Of a stretch of DNA of 64,000 bases, positions 36,060 through 47,081 are shown in pieces (within the stretch, counting starts at the first letter, position 1; every line of letters begins with the position of its first letter). Source of the stretch: Chlamydiota bacterium (GTDB taxonomy: Bacteria > Auribacterota > Tritonobacteria > UBA1439); assembly GCA_012729785.1 (NCBI GenBank), contig JAAYCL010000014.1, positions 25,964-89,963 on the forward strand, written 5' to 3'. Position numbers and translations under genes: made by a program. Under the pieces are notes generated by a model that had not been told where the DNA came from, did not search any database, and saw only the letters and a program-made list of their open reading frames with translations.

Positions 36060-36929
36060 CTACTTCTTGGCCTTCTTGTACCCCTTGACGAACTTCCTCG
36101 CCATCGACTCGGGGTCGTCGCCGTACTTGCAGATGCGGGAGTGCATCGTGTAGAGCGCCCAGTAGTCGAGCCCCGTGAGGTCCGACTGCGTGATCATCGG
36201 CATCACCTTCACGAGCTCCTCCCGGATCCTGGCGCGCACCGGGGCGATGTACGTGCCCGCGGGAACGCGCGCGGACGATCGGGCGGGCGCGGGGGTCGCC
36301 GAAGAGGCCTTCCGCGCCGCGGCGGCGGGCGCCGCGGCTGCGGGCGCCGTTCCCCGGCGCTTCGCCCGCGCGGCCTCGCGCGCGGCGCGCTCGCGCAGCT
36401 TGGCTGCCTGCGCCTTCGCGCGGGCGCGCTCCTTCGCGACGCGGGCGCGTTCCCGCGCGGCGAGCTCCCGCTTCTTCGCATCCATCTTTCTGTTCTCGAT
36501 CTCCTGGGCGCGCATCATACGCTCCTGTTCTTTTGCCGCCGCCTTCGGGGACAACGGCGGCGATTCCGGCACAACCGGCTTCACCGGCAGCGCCTTCGCC
36601 GGGTCGTACCCCTTGATGAGCTTCCTCGCGAGCGTCTCCGGGTCCGCGCCGCTCTTCACCACATCCTGGTGGATTGTGTAGAGCGCCCAGTAGTCGAGCT
36701 TCTTGATCAGCCTCGGGTCGACGTGGGGAAGGAGCGCGCAGACCGCGTCCTTGATATGCACCCGTCGAGGAGCGACGTAGGGGGGCGTTTCGACCGGGGG
36801 GGCGGGGAGGGGAACCGCCGCCGCCTTCTTCACGGCGCGTTTCTTCCGGACGACGCGTTGTGGTTTCCGGGCGCGCGGCGTCTTCTTCGTCCCCGCGGCC
36901 TTGCGGCCCCGTTTCTTTTTCTTCTTCAT
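36060..36929 (-). CDS. Lys-rich protein with two copies of an uncharacterised domain of about 50 aa
   Basis: MKKKKKRG start. Repeats ...LDYWALYTIHQDVVKSGADPETLARKLIKGY and ...LDYWALYTMHSRICKYGDDPESMARKFVKGY are separated by an ERA-rich coiled coil. Confidence 0.6.
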   Translation of the reverse strand: MKKKKKRGRKAAGTKKTPRARKPQRVVRKKRAVKKAAAVPLPAPPVETPPYVAPRRVHIKDAVCALLPHVDPRLIKKLDYWALYTIHQDVVKSGADPETLARKLIKGYDPAKALPVKPVVPESPPLSPKAAAKEQERMMRAQEIENRKMDAKKRELAARERARVAKERARAKAQAAKLRERAAREAARAKRRGTAPAAAAPAAAARKASSATPAPARSSARVPAGTYIAPVRARIREELVKVMPMITQSDLTGLDYWALYTMHSRICKYGDDPESMARKFVKGYKKAKK

Positions 36930-37143
36930 CGTGCCTCCTCCTCCGGTTACCAAGCGCCACAGTATAGCGGGACGGCCGCGAGGATGTCAACCGGCCCCGG
37001 GGAATAATTCAGGCCGCTTGTTGGGGCGGTGGGGGGCTCGCACGGCGCGGTTTTAGGGTGGCGGGGGGCTCACCTGTGTGGTAGATTGAATCTCCCTCGC
37101 GGTGAACCGCCGCGACAACCCGGATGGCGAGGAGGGGTCCCAG

Positions 37144-39468
37144 ATGGCGTACACCTACGTCGGCACGAACATCCCCAGGCCCGACGCCGCCGCCAAAGCG
37201 ACGGGACGGGTCCAGTTTCTCGACGATCTGCGTCTCCCCGGGCTGCTGCACATCGCCTTCCTTCGGCCCGACTGCGCGCACGCCAAGATCGTCTCGATCG
37301 ACACCTCCGAGGCGGAGAAGTGCCCGGGGGTGGTGGCGGTCGTCACCGGGCGCGACTGCAGATTCCGCTACGGCGAAAACATGAAGGACCGCCTCCCGCT
37401 CGCGGTGGACAAGGTCCGCTGGATCGGGGAGCCGGTTGCGGCCGTGGTGGCGGAGAAGCTCCACCAGGCCCGCGCCGCCGTCGCGAAGATCAAGGCGGTC
37501 TACGATCCGCTCCCGGTCTACATCGACGCCCGCGACGCCCTGAAGGAGGGGGCCGTTCTCATCCACGAGGAGGCCCCGACGTTCGTCCACCTCCCGGGGA
37601 TGGAGCCGGTTCCCGGCACCAACATCGCGACCCGCTACACCCTGAAGAAGGGCGACGTGGAGCAGGGGTTCCGGGAGTCGGAGGTCGTGCTGGAGGGGGA
37701 GTTCAACTACCCGTTTGGCTCCTCGGCCGCCATCGAGCCGCACGGCGCCATCGCGTGGTTCCACGAGGACAAGACGATCGAGATTTGGTCGTCCTCGATC
37801 TGCCCGTTCATCGTGCGCGAGGACGTCGCCCTCGTCTACGGGCTCCCGATCTGCGACGTGCGGGTGCACGTCCCCGAGGTGGGGGGCTGCTTCGGCTACA
37901 AGTCCGACGTGACCATCGAGCAGACGGTCGCCTACATCGCGAGCTTCGTGCCGGGACGCCCGGTGAAGTGGGTTGCGACCCGCCAGGAGGACCTCCTGAG
38001 CACGCTCATCGGGCACGGGATCAGGACGAGGATCAAGATCGGCGCCAAGAGGGACGGGACGCTGACCGCCCTGCAGACCACCATCCTCCATTCGACCGGC
38101 GCCTCGATGGACACCGGGATCCACGTGTTGATCGCGTCGACGCACAACTCCACCGGCGCCTACGAGTTTCCCCACTGCCGCCTCGAGGGGCTCGCGGTCT
38201 ACACCAACACGCCGCCCGTCGGGGCGTACCGCGGCTACGGCCACCAGGAGTCGCAGTTCGCGATGGAGCGGATGATGGACCGGCTGGCGCGGGCGCTGAA
38301 GATGGACCCGTTCGTTCTGCGGGAGAAGAACTACCTCGGCCCCGGCAAGGTGACCTCGCTCGGCGAGCGGCTCTGGGAGAGCAACGGGAACGTGAAGAAG
38401 TGCGCCGATGTCGTCCGGGGCATCGTCTTCTCGAAGCCGAAGACGATCGCCGAGGACGCGACGTACTGGTACGGCCGCGGCTTCGCCGCGTTGATGAAGT
38501 CGCCCAAGGGGGCGCCGTTCTCCTCGAAGTCGTGCTACCTGAAGTACAACAGCGACGGGAGCGTCTCGATCAACATGGGCGGCGCCGAGGTCGGGCAGGG
38601 CCTGCGGACGGTGGTGCGACAGGTGGCGGCCGAGGCGCTGAAGATCGCCCCCGAGCGCATTCGGGTCTACACTGAGATCGACACGCAGTTCTCGCCGTGG
38701 GAGTGGCAGACGATCGGGTCGATGTTCACGATCCAGGGGGGGAGGGCGATCCTGAGGGCGTGTGAGAAGGCGGTCGCGCAGCTCAAGAAGACCGCCGCCC
38801 AGGTCCTCCGGGTGGACGAGGACCGGCTGGTCCACGACGGCGACTGGATCTATCTGAACCACGATCCCGGTGTCCGCGTCGAGGTGGCGAAGCTCGCCCG
38901 CGGCTACACCTATGACGACGGCGTGACGGTGGGCGAGGTGGTCCACGCCACCGCCGACGCGCGCCTCCCCCGGCAGTCGAACCCGAACGCCTGCGGGCAG
39001 GGCACGATGGGGATCACCTACACCTTCGGGGCGCAGGCGTGCGAGATCCGGATCGAGAAGGCGACGGGGAAAATCATCGTCGACCATTTCGTCTCATGTT
39101 TCGACGTCGGACAGGTGATCAATCCCCGGCAGATCAGGGGCCAGGTCGCCGGCGGGGTGATGATGGCGATCGGCGCCACGCTCTGCGAGGAGCTCAGATT
39201 CACCCCCGACGGCAAGGCCGTCAACCCGCACTTCTCGAAATACCGGTTCCCCACGATCAAGGACGCGCCGAAAAAACAGACGATCGAGTTCGTGGAGACC
39301 CCCGAGGCGATCGGGCCGTTCGGCGCGCGGGGGATCGGCGAGCACCCCGTGATCGGCGTCGCGCCGTCGATCCTCAACGCGGTCTACGACGCAATCGGGG
39401 TCGAGTTCAGCGAGATCCCCCTGACGCCGGAGAAGATCAAGAAGGCCATCGAGGAGAAGGGAAACTAG
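37144..39468 (+). CDS. xanthine dehydrogenase-family molybdopterin-binding large subunit (CoxL/aldehyde oxidoreductase-like)
   Basis: 774 aa with motifs typical of molybdenum hydroxylase large subunits (GGCFGYK, YRGYGHQE, GGGFG-like blocks). Confidence 0.85.
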   Translation: MAYTYVGTNIPRPDAAAKATGRVQFLDDLRLPGLLHIAFLRPDCAHAKIVSIDTSEAEKCPGVVAVVTGRDCRFRYGENMKDRLPLAVDKVRWIGEPVAAVVAEKLHQARAAVAKIKAVYDPLPVYIDARDALKEGAVLIHEEAPTFVHLPGMEPVPGTNIATRYTLKKGDVEQGFRESEVVLEGEFNYPFGSSAAIEPHGAIAWFHEDKTIEIWSSSICPFIVREDVALVYGLPICDVRVHVPEVGGCFGYKSDVTIEQTVAYIASFVPGRPVKWVATRQEDLLSTLIGHGIRTRIKIGAKRDGTLTALQTTILHSTGASMDTGIHVLIASTHNSTGAYEFPHCRLEGLAVYTNTPPVGAYRGYGHQESQFAMERMMDRLARALKMDPFVLREKNYLGPGKVTSLGERLWESNGNVKKCADVVRGIVFSKPKTIAEDATYWYGRGFAALMKSPKGAPFSSKSCYLKYNSDGSVSINMGGAEVGQGLRTVVRQVAAEALKIAPERIRVYTEIDTQFSPWEWQTIGSMFTIQGGRAILRACEKAVAQLKKTAAQVLRVDEDRLVHDGDWIYLNHDPGVRVEVAKLARGYTYDDGVTVGEVVHATADARLPRQSNPNACGQGTMGITYTFGAQACEIRIEKATGKIIVDHFVSCFDVGQVINPRQIRGQVAGGVMMAIGATLCEELRFTPDGKAVNPHFSKYRFPTIKDAPKKQTIEFVETPEAIGPFGARGIGEHPVIGVAPSILNAVYDAIGVEFSEIPLTPEKIKKAIEEKGN

Positions 39469-39470
39469 CC

Positions 39471-39950
39471 ATGGCAGAGAGGATATCCTTCACCGTCAAC
39501 GGCGCGGCGCGGAGCGTGGAGCTCGAGGGGTGGGAGAAGGCGATCGATGTCCTTCGCGAGACGCTCGGCCTTACCGGGACGAAACGCGGCTGCGACGACG
39601 CCTCCTGCGGCGCCTGCACGATCGTCGTCGACGGTGTCGCGAAAAAGAGCTGCGTCTTGCCGGCGAAGAGGCTCGACGGGACGACCGTGCTCACGATCGA
39701 GGGGATGGCGCGCGGGACGACGCTCCACCCGATACAGGAGGCGCTCATCGAGGCGGGGGCGGTGCAGTGCGGCTACTGCATCCCCGGGATCGTGATGACG
39801 CTGCACGCCCTCTTCACGGCCACGCCGGCGGCGGCCGAGGAGAAGATCGTCGAGGCGCTCTCCAGGCACCTCTGCCGCTGCACCGGCTACGAGGCGCTCC
39901 TCGAGGGGGCGAGACTCGCGCAGAACAAGCTCGCCGGGACCGAAGGTTGA
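39471..39950 (+). CDS. (2Fe-2S)-binding small subunit of a molybdenum hydroxylase (CoxS-like)
   Basis: Two cluster motifs CDDASCGACT and CGYCIPG...CRCTGY. The first 144 aa of the track ORF are spurious. Confidence 0.85.
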   Translation: MAERISFTVNGAARSVELEGWEKAIDVLRETLGLTGTKRGCDDASCGACTIVVDGVAKKSCVLPAKRLDGTTVLTIEGMARGTTLHPIQEALIEAGAVQCGYCIPGIVMTLHALFTATPAAAEEKIVEALSRHLCRCTGYEALLEGARLAQNKLAGTEG

Positions 39951-40003
39951 CCGTGCCGAAGACGCGGGGCCGTTTGGCGGGAGAGGCTCAGGGGGGGACG
40001 CCG

Positions 40004-40687
40004 ATGGGAACGCGGGCCCGGCGCGCGCGGCCGTCGCCGGTCGCGGTCCTGTTCTCGGGGGGGACGGACTCGACCGCCGTGGCGGTCCATCTCCTCCGGC
40101 GGGGGCGCGCGACGCGCCTCCTCACATTCGACAACGGCGCGGAGAAGTGGCTCGAGCTCGCCGGGTACAAGGCGGGCTTCATCCAGAGGCGGTTTCCGGG
40201 CCTCTGCACATGGGAGCTCCTCGACTCCACCGCCCTGTTCCGCGATCTCGCCGTCGTGCCGATGGTTGAGGACGTGAAGCGCTTTGGCGGGGGCGGGAAC
40301 CTCGTCTGCTGCGGCTGCAAGCTCGCGATGCTCTGCAAGACGATCGTCTACTGCAGGCGACACGGGATCCGGGAGATCGCGGACGGGTTCCAGAAGGGGC
40401 AGGACTACTACCCGGAACAGACGCAGGACTACATCGCGCCCGCGGACCGCTTCGCGCGCGCCTACGGGATCCGGTATCTCCACCCGTTCTGGGAGCGGCC
40501 CGAGCTGAAGCAGGATGCGATCGTGCTGGAGGGCGCCGTGCCCCCCGCCCCGATACAGCCCTGGTGTCTCTTCGGCTGCAACCCGATCCTCGACAAGACG
40601 TCCATCGGCCCCTACGTCGAGAGCAAGCTTCCCCGGATGCGGGCCTACGTCGACGCCGCGCTCCGGCAAAAGAAGAAGAGGGGCTGA
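40004..40687 (+). CDS. PP-loop ATP pyrophosphatase family protein
   Basis: SGGTDST PP-loop near the N-terminus and a Cys cluster (VCCGCKLAMLC). Start uncertain: GTG at 39953 or ATG at 40004. Confidence 0.55.
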   Translation: MGTRARRARPSPVAVLFSGGTDSTAVAVHLLRRGRATRLLTFDNGAEKWLELAGYKAGFIQRRFPGLCTWELLDSTALFRDLAVVPMVEDVKRFGGGGNLVCCGCKLAMLCKTIVYCRRHGIREIADGFQKGQDYYPEQTQDYIAPADRFARAYGIRYLHPFWERPELKQDAIVLEGAVPPAPIQPWCLFGCNPILDKTSIGPYVESKLPRMRAYVDAALRQKKKRG

Positions 40688-40794
40688 GGCCCCATCGCGC
40701 CCCGCCTGGCGGTCCCCTCGGAATCTACGGGAGGCGACGGCTTGTTCCCGCGCCGGGCCGGCGGGGCGCGGCGGATCCTCGCCGGGAGGGGGCG

Positions 40795-41229
40795 ATGAGG
40801 GAAGAGGGCACGGTGCTCGCGCTCGACGGCGACACGGCGCGGGTGCGCATCGCCCGCCGCGGCGCCTGCGGCGGTTGCCGCGTCTGCGCGGCGATCGGGC
40901 CCGGGGGGATGGTGATCGAGGCGCTGAACTCCGCGGGGGCGAAGGTCGGCGACAGGGTGAGGGTCGAGGCGGCGGGGCCGGATCCGCTGCGCGCGGCCCT
41001 CCTGGTGTACGGTCTGCCGCTTGCGCTCCTCGTCGCGGGCTGCCTCGGCGGAACCGCCTTGACCGGCTCCCAGACCGCCGGGATGGGCGTCGGATTCGCC
41101 GCCTTCCTCCTCGCCTACGGAGCCCTGCACCGCTACGACAGGCGGATGCGGAAAACAGGCGCCTGCGCGGCGACGGTCGTGGAACGGATAACAGACGGAG
41201 GCAAGAGTGCCGACGGCATCTGCGGGTGA
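40795..41229 (+). CDS. RseC/MucC-family protein
   Basis: N-terminal beta-domain with CGGCRVC, then two TM helices. Confidence 0.55.
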   Translation: MREEGTVLALDGDTARVRIARRGACGGCRVCAAIGPGGMVIEALNSAGAKVGDRVRVEAAGPDPLRAALLVYGLPLALLVAGCLGGTALTGSQTAGMGVGFAAFLLAYGALHRYDRRMRKTGACAATVVERITDGGKSADGICG

Positions 41230-41254
41230 GGAGGGCGGAAGGGGCGTGAAGAAT

Positions 41255-42067
41255 ATGAAAGGCCTGAAAGGGCTCGACGATGTGGCGATTTCGCGCATCA
41301 TCGTCGAGGAGTACACGAAAGAGTTTTTGGCGCACCTCGACTGCGACGCGGCGGTCGTCGGCGCGGGGCCGTCGGGGCTCGTCGCCGCGCAGTACCTGGC
41401 GCGGGGGGGGATGAAGGTCGCCGTCTACGAGCGGCGGTTGTCGGTGGGCGGCGGGATGTGGGGCGGCGGCATGATGTGCGGCCGCTGCGTCTTCCAGGAG
41501 GCCTCCCTGCCGATTCTCCGCGAGGCCGGCGTGCGCGTCAAGGACCGCGGGGACGGCTACTACACGACCGACTCGATCGAGACGGTGGCCTGTCTCTGCG
41601 CGACGGCGGTGAAGGCGGGGGCGCGGATATTCAACCTGCTCTCGGCGGAGGACGTGATGATCCGCGGCGCGCGCGTGACCGGCGTGGTGCTCCAGTGGAC
41701 CGCGGTGGAGGCGGCGCGGCTCCACGTCGACCCGCTGACCGCCGGCGCCAGATTTGTGGTGGACGCGACCGGCCACGCCGCGGAGATCGCCAACATCATC
41801 GTCCGCAAGATCGGGAAAAAGCTTCTGACGGAGACCGGCGACCTCCTCGGCGAGAAGCCGATGTGGGCGGAGCGTGGGGAGAGGACGATCGTCGCGCACA
41901 CGAAGGAGATCTATCCCGGCGTCCAGGTGGCCGGGATGGCGGCCAACGCAGTTTTCGGCGGCCCCCGGATGGGGCCGATCTTCGGCGGGATGCTCCTCTC
42001 GGGGAAACTGGCGGCGGAACGGATCCTCTCCGCAAGCGGCAGAAAACAGTTGCCGCGTCCCCGCTGA
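41255..42067 (+). CDS. thi4: thiazole synthase Thi4 family
   Basis: FAD motif VVGAGPSGL and conserved Thi4 C-terminal block GMAA...PRMGPIFGGMLLSGKLAAE. Confidence 0.8.
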   Translation: MKGLKGLDDVAISRIIVEEYTKEFLAHLDCDAAVVGAGPSGLVAAQYLARGGMKVAVYERRLSVGGGMWGGGMMCGRCVFQEASLPILREAGVRVKDRGDGYYTTDSIETVACLCATAVKAGARIFNLLSAEDVMIRGARVTGVVLQWTAVEAARLHVDPLTAGARFVVDATGHAAEIANIIVRKIGKKLLTETGDLLGEKPMWAERGERTIVAHTKEIYPGVQVAGMAANAVFGGPRMGPIFGGMLLSGKLAAERILSASGRKQLPRPR

Positions 42068-42109
42068 AGCCCTATACTGAAACCGACAAGGTTTAAGAAG
42101 GAGGGTACG

Positions 42110-42283
42110 ATGAGGAAGCTCGTCTGCGCGGCGATGGCGATCGCGCTGGGTACCGCGCTCCTCGGGTGCAAGGAGCCGCCGCCGGAGGAAAAGGCGGCGA
42201 ACGCGCTCAACAAGATGGTCGACTCGGCCAAACAGGCGGTCGACGACGCCAACAAAGCCGTCCAGGACGCCGTCAACAAGTAG
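42110..42283 (+). CDS. small lipoprotein (57 aa); absent from the ORF track
   Basis: Strong RBS AAGAAGGAGGG, then MRKLVCAAMAIALGTALLGC lipobox; charged tail. Confidence 0.5.
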   Translation: MRKLVCAAMAIALGTALLGCKEPPPEEKAANALNKMVDSAKQAVDDANKAVQDAVNK

Positions 42284-42437
42284 TTCCGGCGGCACGAGGC
42301 GCGACGCGCCCGGCGGCGGTGGGGGGCACCGCCGCCGGGCATTTTTCTTGTTTCGGTTCCGTTGCCTCCGGGCGGCGCACGTAGTACCCTATCGGGTGGA
42401 AGGCCCGCGATGCCGCGGCCTTCGGGAGGGGGGAGGG

Positions 42438-42920
42438 ATGACCGTTCGACACCGGATCTGCGTGACCGCCGTCCTCCTCTGCGCGGCGTGCGTCTGCGCC
42501 GCGGCGGAGTGCCGGGGGGAGGAGCGGAAGCCGCTCTGCATCAATCCCTCGCCGCTGGTCGCGGGGCGGCGGTTCCAGTTCGACGTCGCCCTGCGGGCGC
42601 CGGTCTCCGTGCCGTTCGATGTCTACTGCTTCGCGAAAACCACCTACGGGAACTTCTCCCTGAGCTTCGACGGGTACGTCGGGTATATCGGCAACGGATG
42701 GCAGCCCGTCTACAGGGCCGTCTGGGGCCGGGAGTTCCCGTACTCGGCGCGCGTGCGGCCGAACGTGGTCATCCCCGCGGATATGCGGCACAACTACATC
42801 ACCTTCTACCTGTTCCTCGCGCAGTACGATGCGTGGATCCCGGCCACCTTCCTCGAGGAGCTGGGCCCCCACACCGCCAATATCATCTTCTTCGACTCCG
42901 TGAAGCTCCGCGTGAAGTAG
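42438..42920 (+). CDS. hypothetical exported protein
   Basis: GGGAGGG RBS and signal peptide MTVRHRICVTAVLLCAACVCAAA. Confidence 0.5.
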   Translation: MTVRHRICVTAVLLCAACVCAAAECRGEERKPLCINPSPLVAGRRFQFDVALRAPVSVPFDVYCFAKTTYGNFSLSFDGYVGYIGNGWQPVYRAVWGREFPYSARVRPNVVIPADMRHNYITFYLFLAQYDAWIPATFLEELGPHTANIIFFDSVKLRVK

Positions 42921-42938
42921 AAAGGCGCAGGCCGCCCG

Positions 42939-43349
42939 ATGCAGATGAAGCCGGATCTCGTCTACTCGGTCCTCTGCGACGACGTGCGCCAGGAGATCAA
43001 CGGAAAGTTCATCTTCCTCGGCGTCTTCCAGAACATCTGGGTGAAGGGCCTGCCCGCCGTGCACCACCGCCTCTGCATCGCCAACTCCTGGTACAACGGC
43101 ATCGGCGAGTTCCACGCCCGCTCCGCGGTCGTCGCCCCCGACAAGAAGACCCGCGTGGTCGAGAGCGTCCCGGTCAAGATCGTCCTCACGGAGGAGAACC
43201 GCGGTTCGATCGTGGTGAACTTCTTCCAGAACATCCGCTTCGCGGAGGAGGGGCTGTACTGGGTGGAGGTGAGCCTCGAGGGGACGCTCGTGACCCGCTA
43301 CCCGTTCCGGGTTGCGCGCGCGCCGCAGAGGCCGCCAGCCGGCCCCTAG
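42939..43349 (+). CDS. hypothetical protein
   Basis: 136 aa with protein-like composition and no recognised motif. Confidence 0.45.
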   Translation: MQMKPDLVYSVLCDDVRQEINGKFIFLGVFQNIWVKGLPAVHHRLCIANSWYNGIGEFHARSAVVAPDKKTRVVESVPVKIVLTEENRGSIVVNFFQNIRFAEEGLYWVEVSLEGTLVTRYPFRVARAPQRPPAGP

Positions 43350-43358
43350 CCCGCAGGT

Positions 43359-43763
43359 ATGCCCGCGCTCCGACTGAGCGACGACCGGTGGTGTTTCGCC
43401 TGCGGGGAGAAGAACCCCGCGGGGCTCAAGCTTGTTTTCTCCGCCGCCCCCGACGGCGCGCTCCGCGCCTCGTTCTCCTTCCGCAAGGAACATCAGGGGT
43501 ACGAGGGGATCGTCCACGGCGGCCTGATCGGCCTCGTGTTGGACGAGATCATGCTGAACCTCGCCTGGCGGATGGGCCTGCGCGCGGTCACCGCCGCGCT
43601 CGACCTCCGGTTCAGGGAGGCCGTCCGGGTGGGGGAGCGGGTGGAGTTCACCGGGCGGATCACGGGGCGGAAGGGGAGGCTCGTGCTCGCGGAGGCGGAG
43701 GCGCGCTCCCCGGACGGCGCCCTGGTCGCCGAGGCGAAGGCCAAGTGCCTCCTGGTGGACTGA
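43359..43763 (+). CDS. PaaI-family hotdog thioesterase
   Basis: GIVHGGLIGLVLDE block typical of PaaI/YbgC-like hotdog proteins. Confidence 0.7.
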   Translation: MPALRLSDDRWCFACGEKNPAGLKLVFSAAPDGALRASFSFRKEHQGYEGIVHGGLIGLVLDEIMLNLAWRMGLRAVTAALDLRFREAVRVGERVEFTGRITGRKGRLVLAEAEARSPDGALVAEAKAKCLLVD

Positions 43764-43783
43764 TCCGCGGCGGGGGGACGGGG

Positions 43784-45408
<1,625 letters not shown>

Positions 45409-45415
<7 letters not shown>

Positions 45416-46806
45416 GCGGCCGCACGGGCGCGATGGTAGGAGGCCCGGGTGCGGTCCTTCAGCGCACGGTAGGCGCGGCTCAGCAGCTCGTGGCAGCGCG
45501 CCTGCTCCTCCCGGTACTTCGGATTGGCGTTCTGGAGCGCCCGCTCCCCGATCTCGACCGCGCCGCGCGGGTCCCGCCGCCGCATCCTGATCTCGCACTT
45601 TCCCGCGAGGGCGCGGGTGTTGCCGGGGTAGAGGCGGAGGAGTTGATCGAGGAACGCGTCCGCGGCGTCGAGGTCCCCGCCCCCGAGCGACTTCTCCGCG
45701 AGCGTGATCAGGGCGGTGTAGGTGTCGGGCCCCGCCTTGAGCGCCCGCGCGAGCACGCCGTGCCGCGCCGCCTCCGCGGGCACCCCGAGCTTTTTGCAGG
45801 CGGCCTCGAGGACCTCGTGCCCGTGGGCAAGCTCGAATGCGAAGTAGGACGGGGTGCGCAGCAGCGCCTCCTCGCAGATGCGCCGCGCGGTCGAGGCATC
45901 CCCGCGCCGCAGCGCGAGCTCGGCGCGCCCGATGGCGACGCGCGAATTGCCCGCGTACCGCGCCCCGAGCGCGTCCAGTTCCGTCTCGGCATCGGCGAGG
46001 CGGCCCTGGCGCAGGTAGAGCTCGGCGAGGCTTGCCGCCCCCTGGAAGGTGCCGCGGACCTTCCGGAAGCAGTCCGCGGCCTCTGACAACCGGCCGGATT
46101 CCGCAAGGGCCCAGCCGAGCATCCCGATCAGGTCGGCGTCGTCGGCCTTGAAACCGAGCGCCTTTTTGTAGAAGCGCGCCGCGCGCCGCCAGTCCTGTCT
46201 CTTGGCGTACAGCCGGCCGAGGTCCTTGCACCTCCGGTAGCTCGGCCCGAAACGGCTGATCGCCTCGGAGAGGTTCGCGATGCCGCGGGGGAAATCCCCC
46301 AGCTTCTCCACGAGGAGGAAGTGGAGCCGCTCGTGGCTCCGCTCCTTCAGGGCGCTGCCGCGCGGGATGCCGCGATAGAGGCGCACCGCCTGCTCGAACA
46401 TCCCGCGGTCGCGGTAGATGCGGTCGATCCTTTCGTACGGCGCCGGGTCGTCGGGGTCGGCGGCGATGAGCCTTTTGTAGAGGCGGATCGCGCGGGGGGC
46501 CTTGCCCGCCTCGCAGTAGGTCCTGGCGAGGTGGCTCAGCAGGTCGCGGTCCCCGGGGTTTCGGGCGAGGGCCTTCCTGAGCACGGCAGCGGCCGCGGCG
46601 TGACAGTTGTCGGCCCGCATCAGGGCCGCGAGCGCCTTGACGTTGGAGAGCTGCTGCGGCCGTTCGCGGACGAGGTCGTAGAGACGTCTTTTCTCGGGGG
46701 TGTCGACGTCCTCCGGGACGGCGGCGGCGCGGGATCGGGCGTCAGGCGCCTGCCGCGGCCGGCGAGGGGGAGTCTTTTTTCGAGTCCTTCTTGGTGCCGC
46801 TGGCAT
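45409..46806 (-). CDS. TPR-repeat protein
   Basis: Multiple 34-aa TPR-like helical repeats. N-terminal start uncertain, as it overlaps the FmdB gene by 65 nt. Confidence 0.7.
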
Positions 46807-47017
46807 CCTTCTCCTTTTTCTCCGCGGCCCGATACCCGTGGCTTCGGTAGTCGGTCGCGTAGAAACCGTGGCCCTTGAAGATGATGCCGGCGCCCGCGCC
46901 GATGAGACGTTTCACGGCGGCGCCGCAGCGGGGGCACGCCTTCAACGGTTTCGCGGTGATCCGCTGAAACCGGTCGAAGCGTCCACACTTTCGGCACTCG
47001 TACTCGTAGGTTGGCAT
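46742..47017 (-). CDS. FmdB-family zinc-ribbon protein (second paralogue)
   Basis: MPTYEYECRKCG...CPRCG with a Lys-rich tail. Confidence 0.7.
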   Translation of the reverse strand: MPTYEYECRKCGRFDRFQRITAKPLKACPRCGAAVKRLIGAGAGIIFKGHGFYATDYRSHGYRAAEKKEKDASGTKKDSKKDSPSPAAAGA

Positions 47018-47081
47018 CGTCTGCAGTCCCCCGCGCGGCCCTCCCCGAAGGGGGGGCGGTGGCCCTTCTCCGTGCCGCAGG

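Noticed and set aside
40004-40687. Calling the PP-loop ATPase QueC
   Set aside because: The Cys cluster is mid-protein rather than the C-terminal Zn site of QueC, and there is no queD/queE context. Only the family-level call is kept.
39887-42295. 802-aa minus-strand ORF
   Set aside because: Antisense to the PP-loop, RseC and Thi4 genes; low-complexity.
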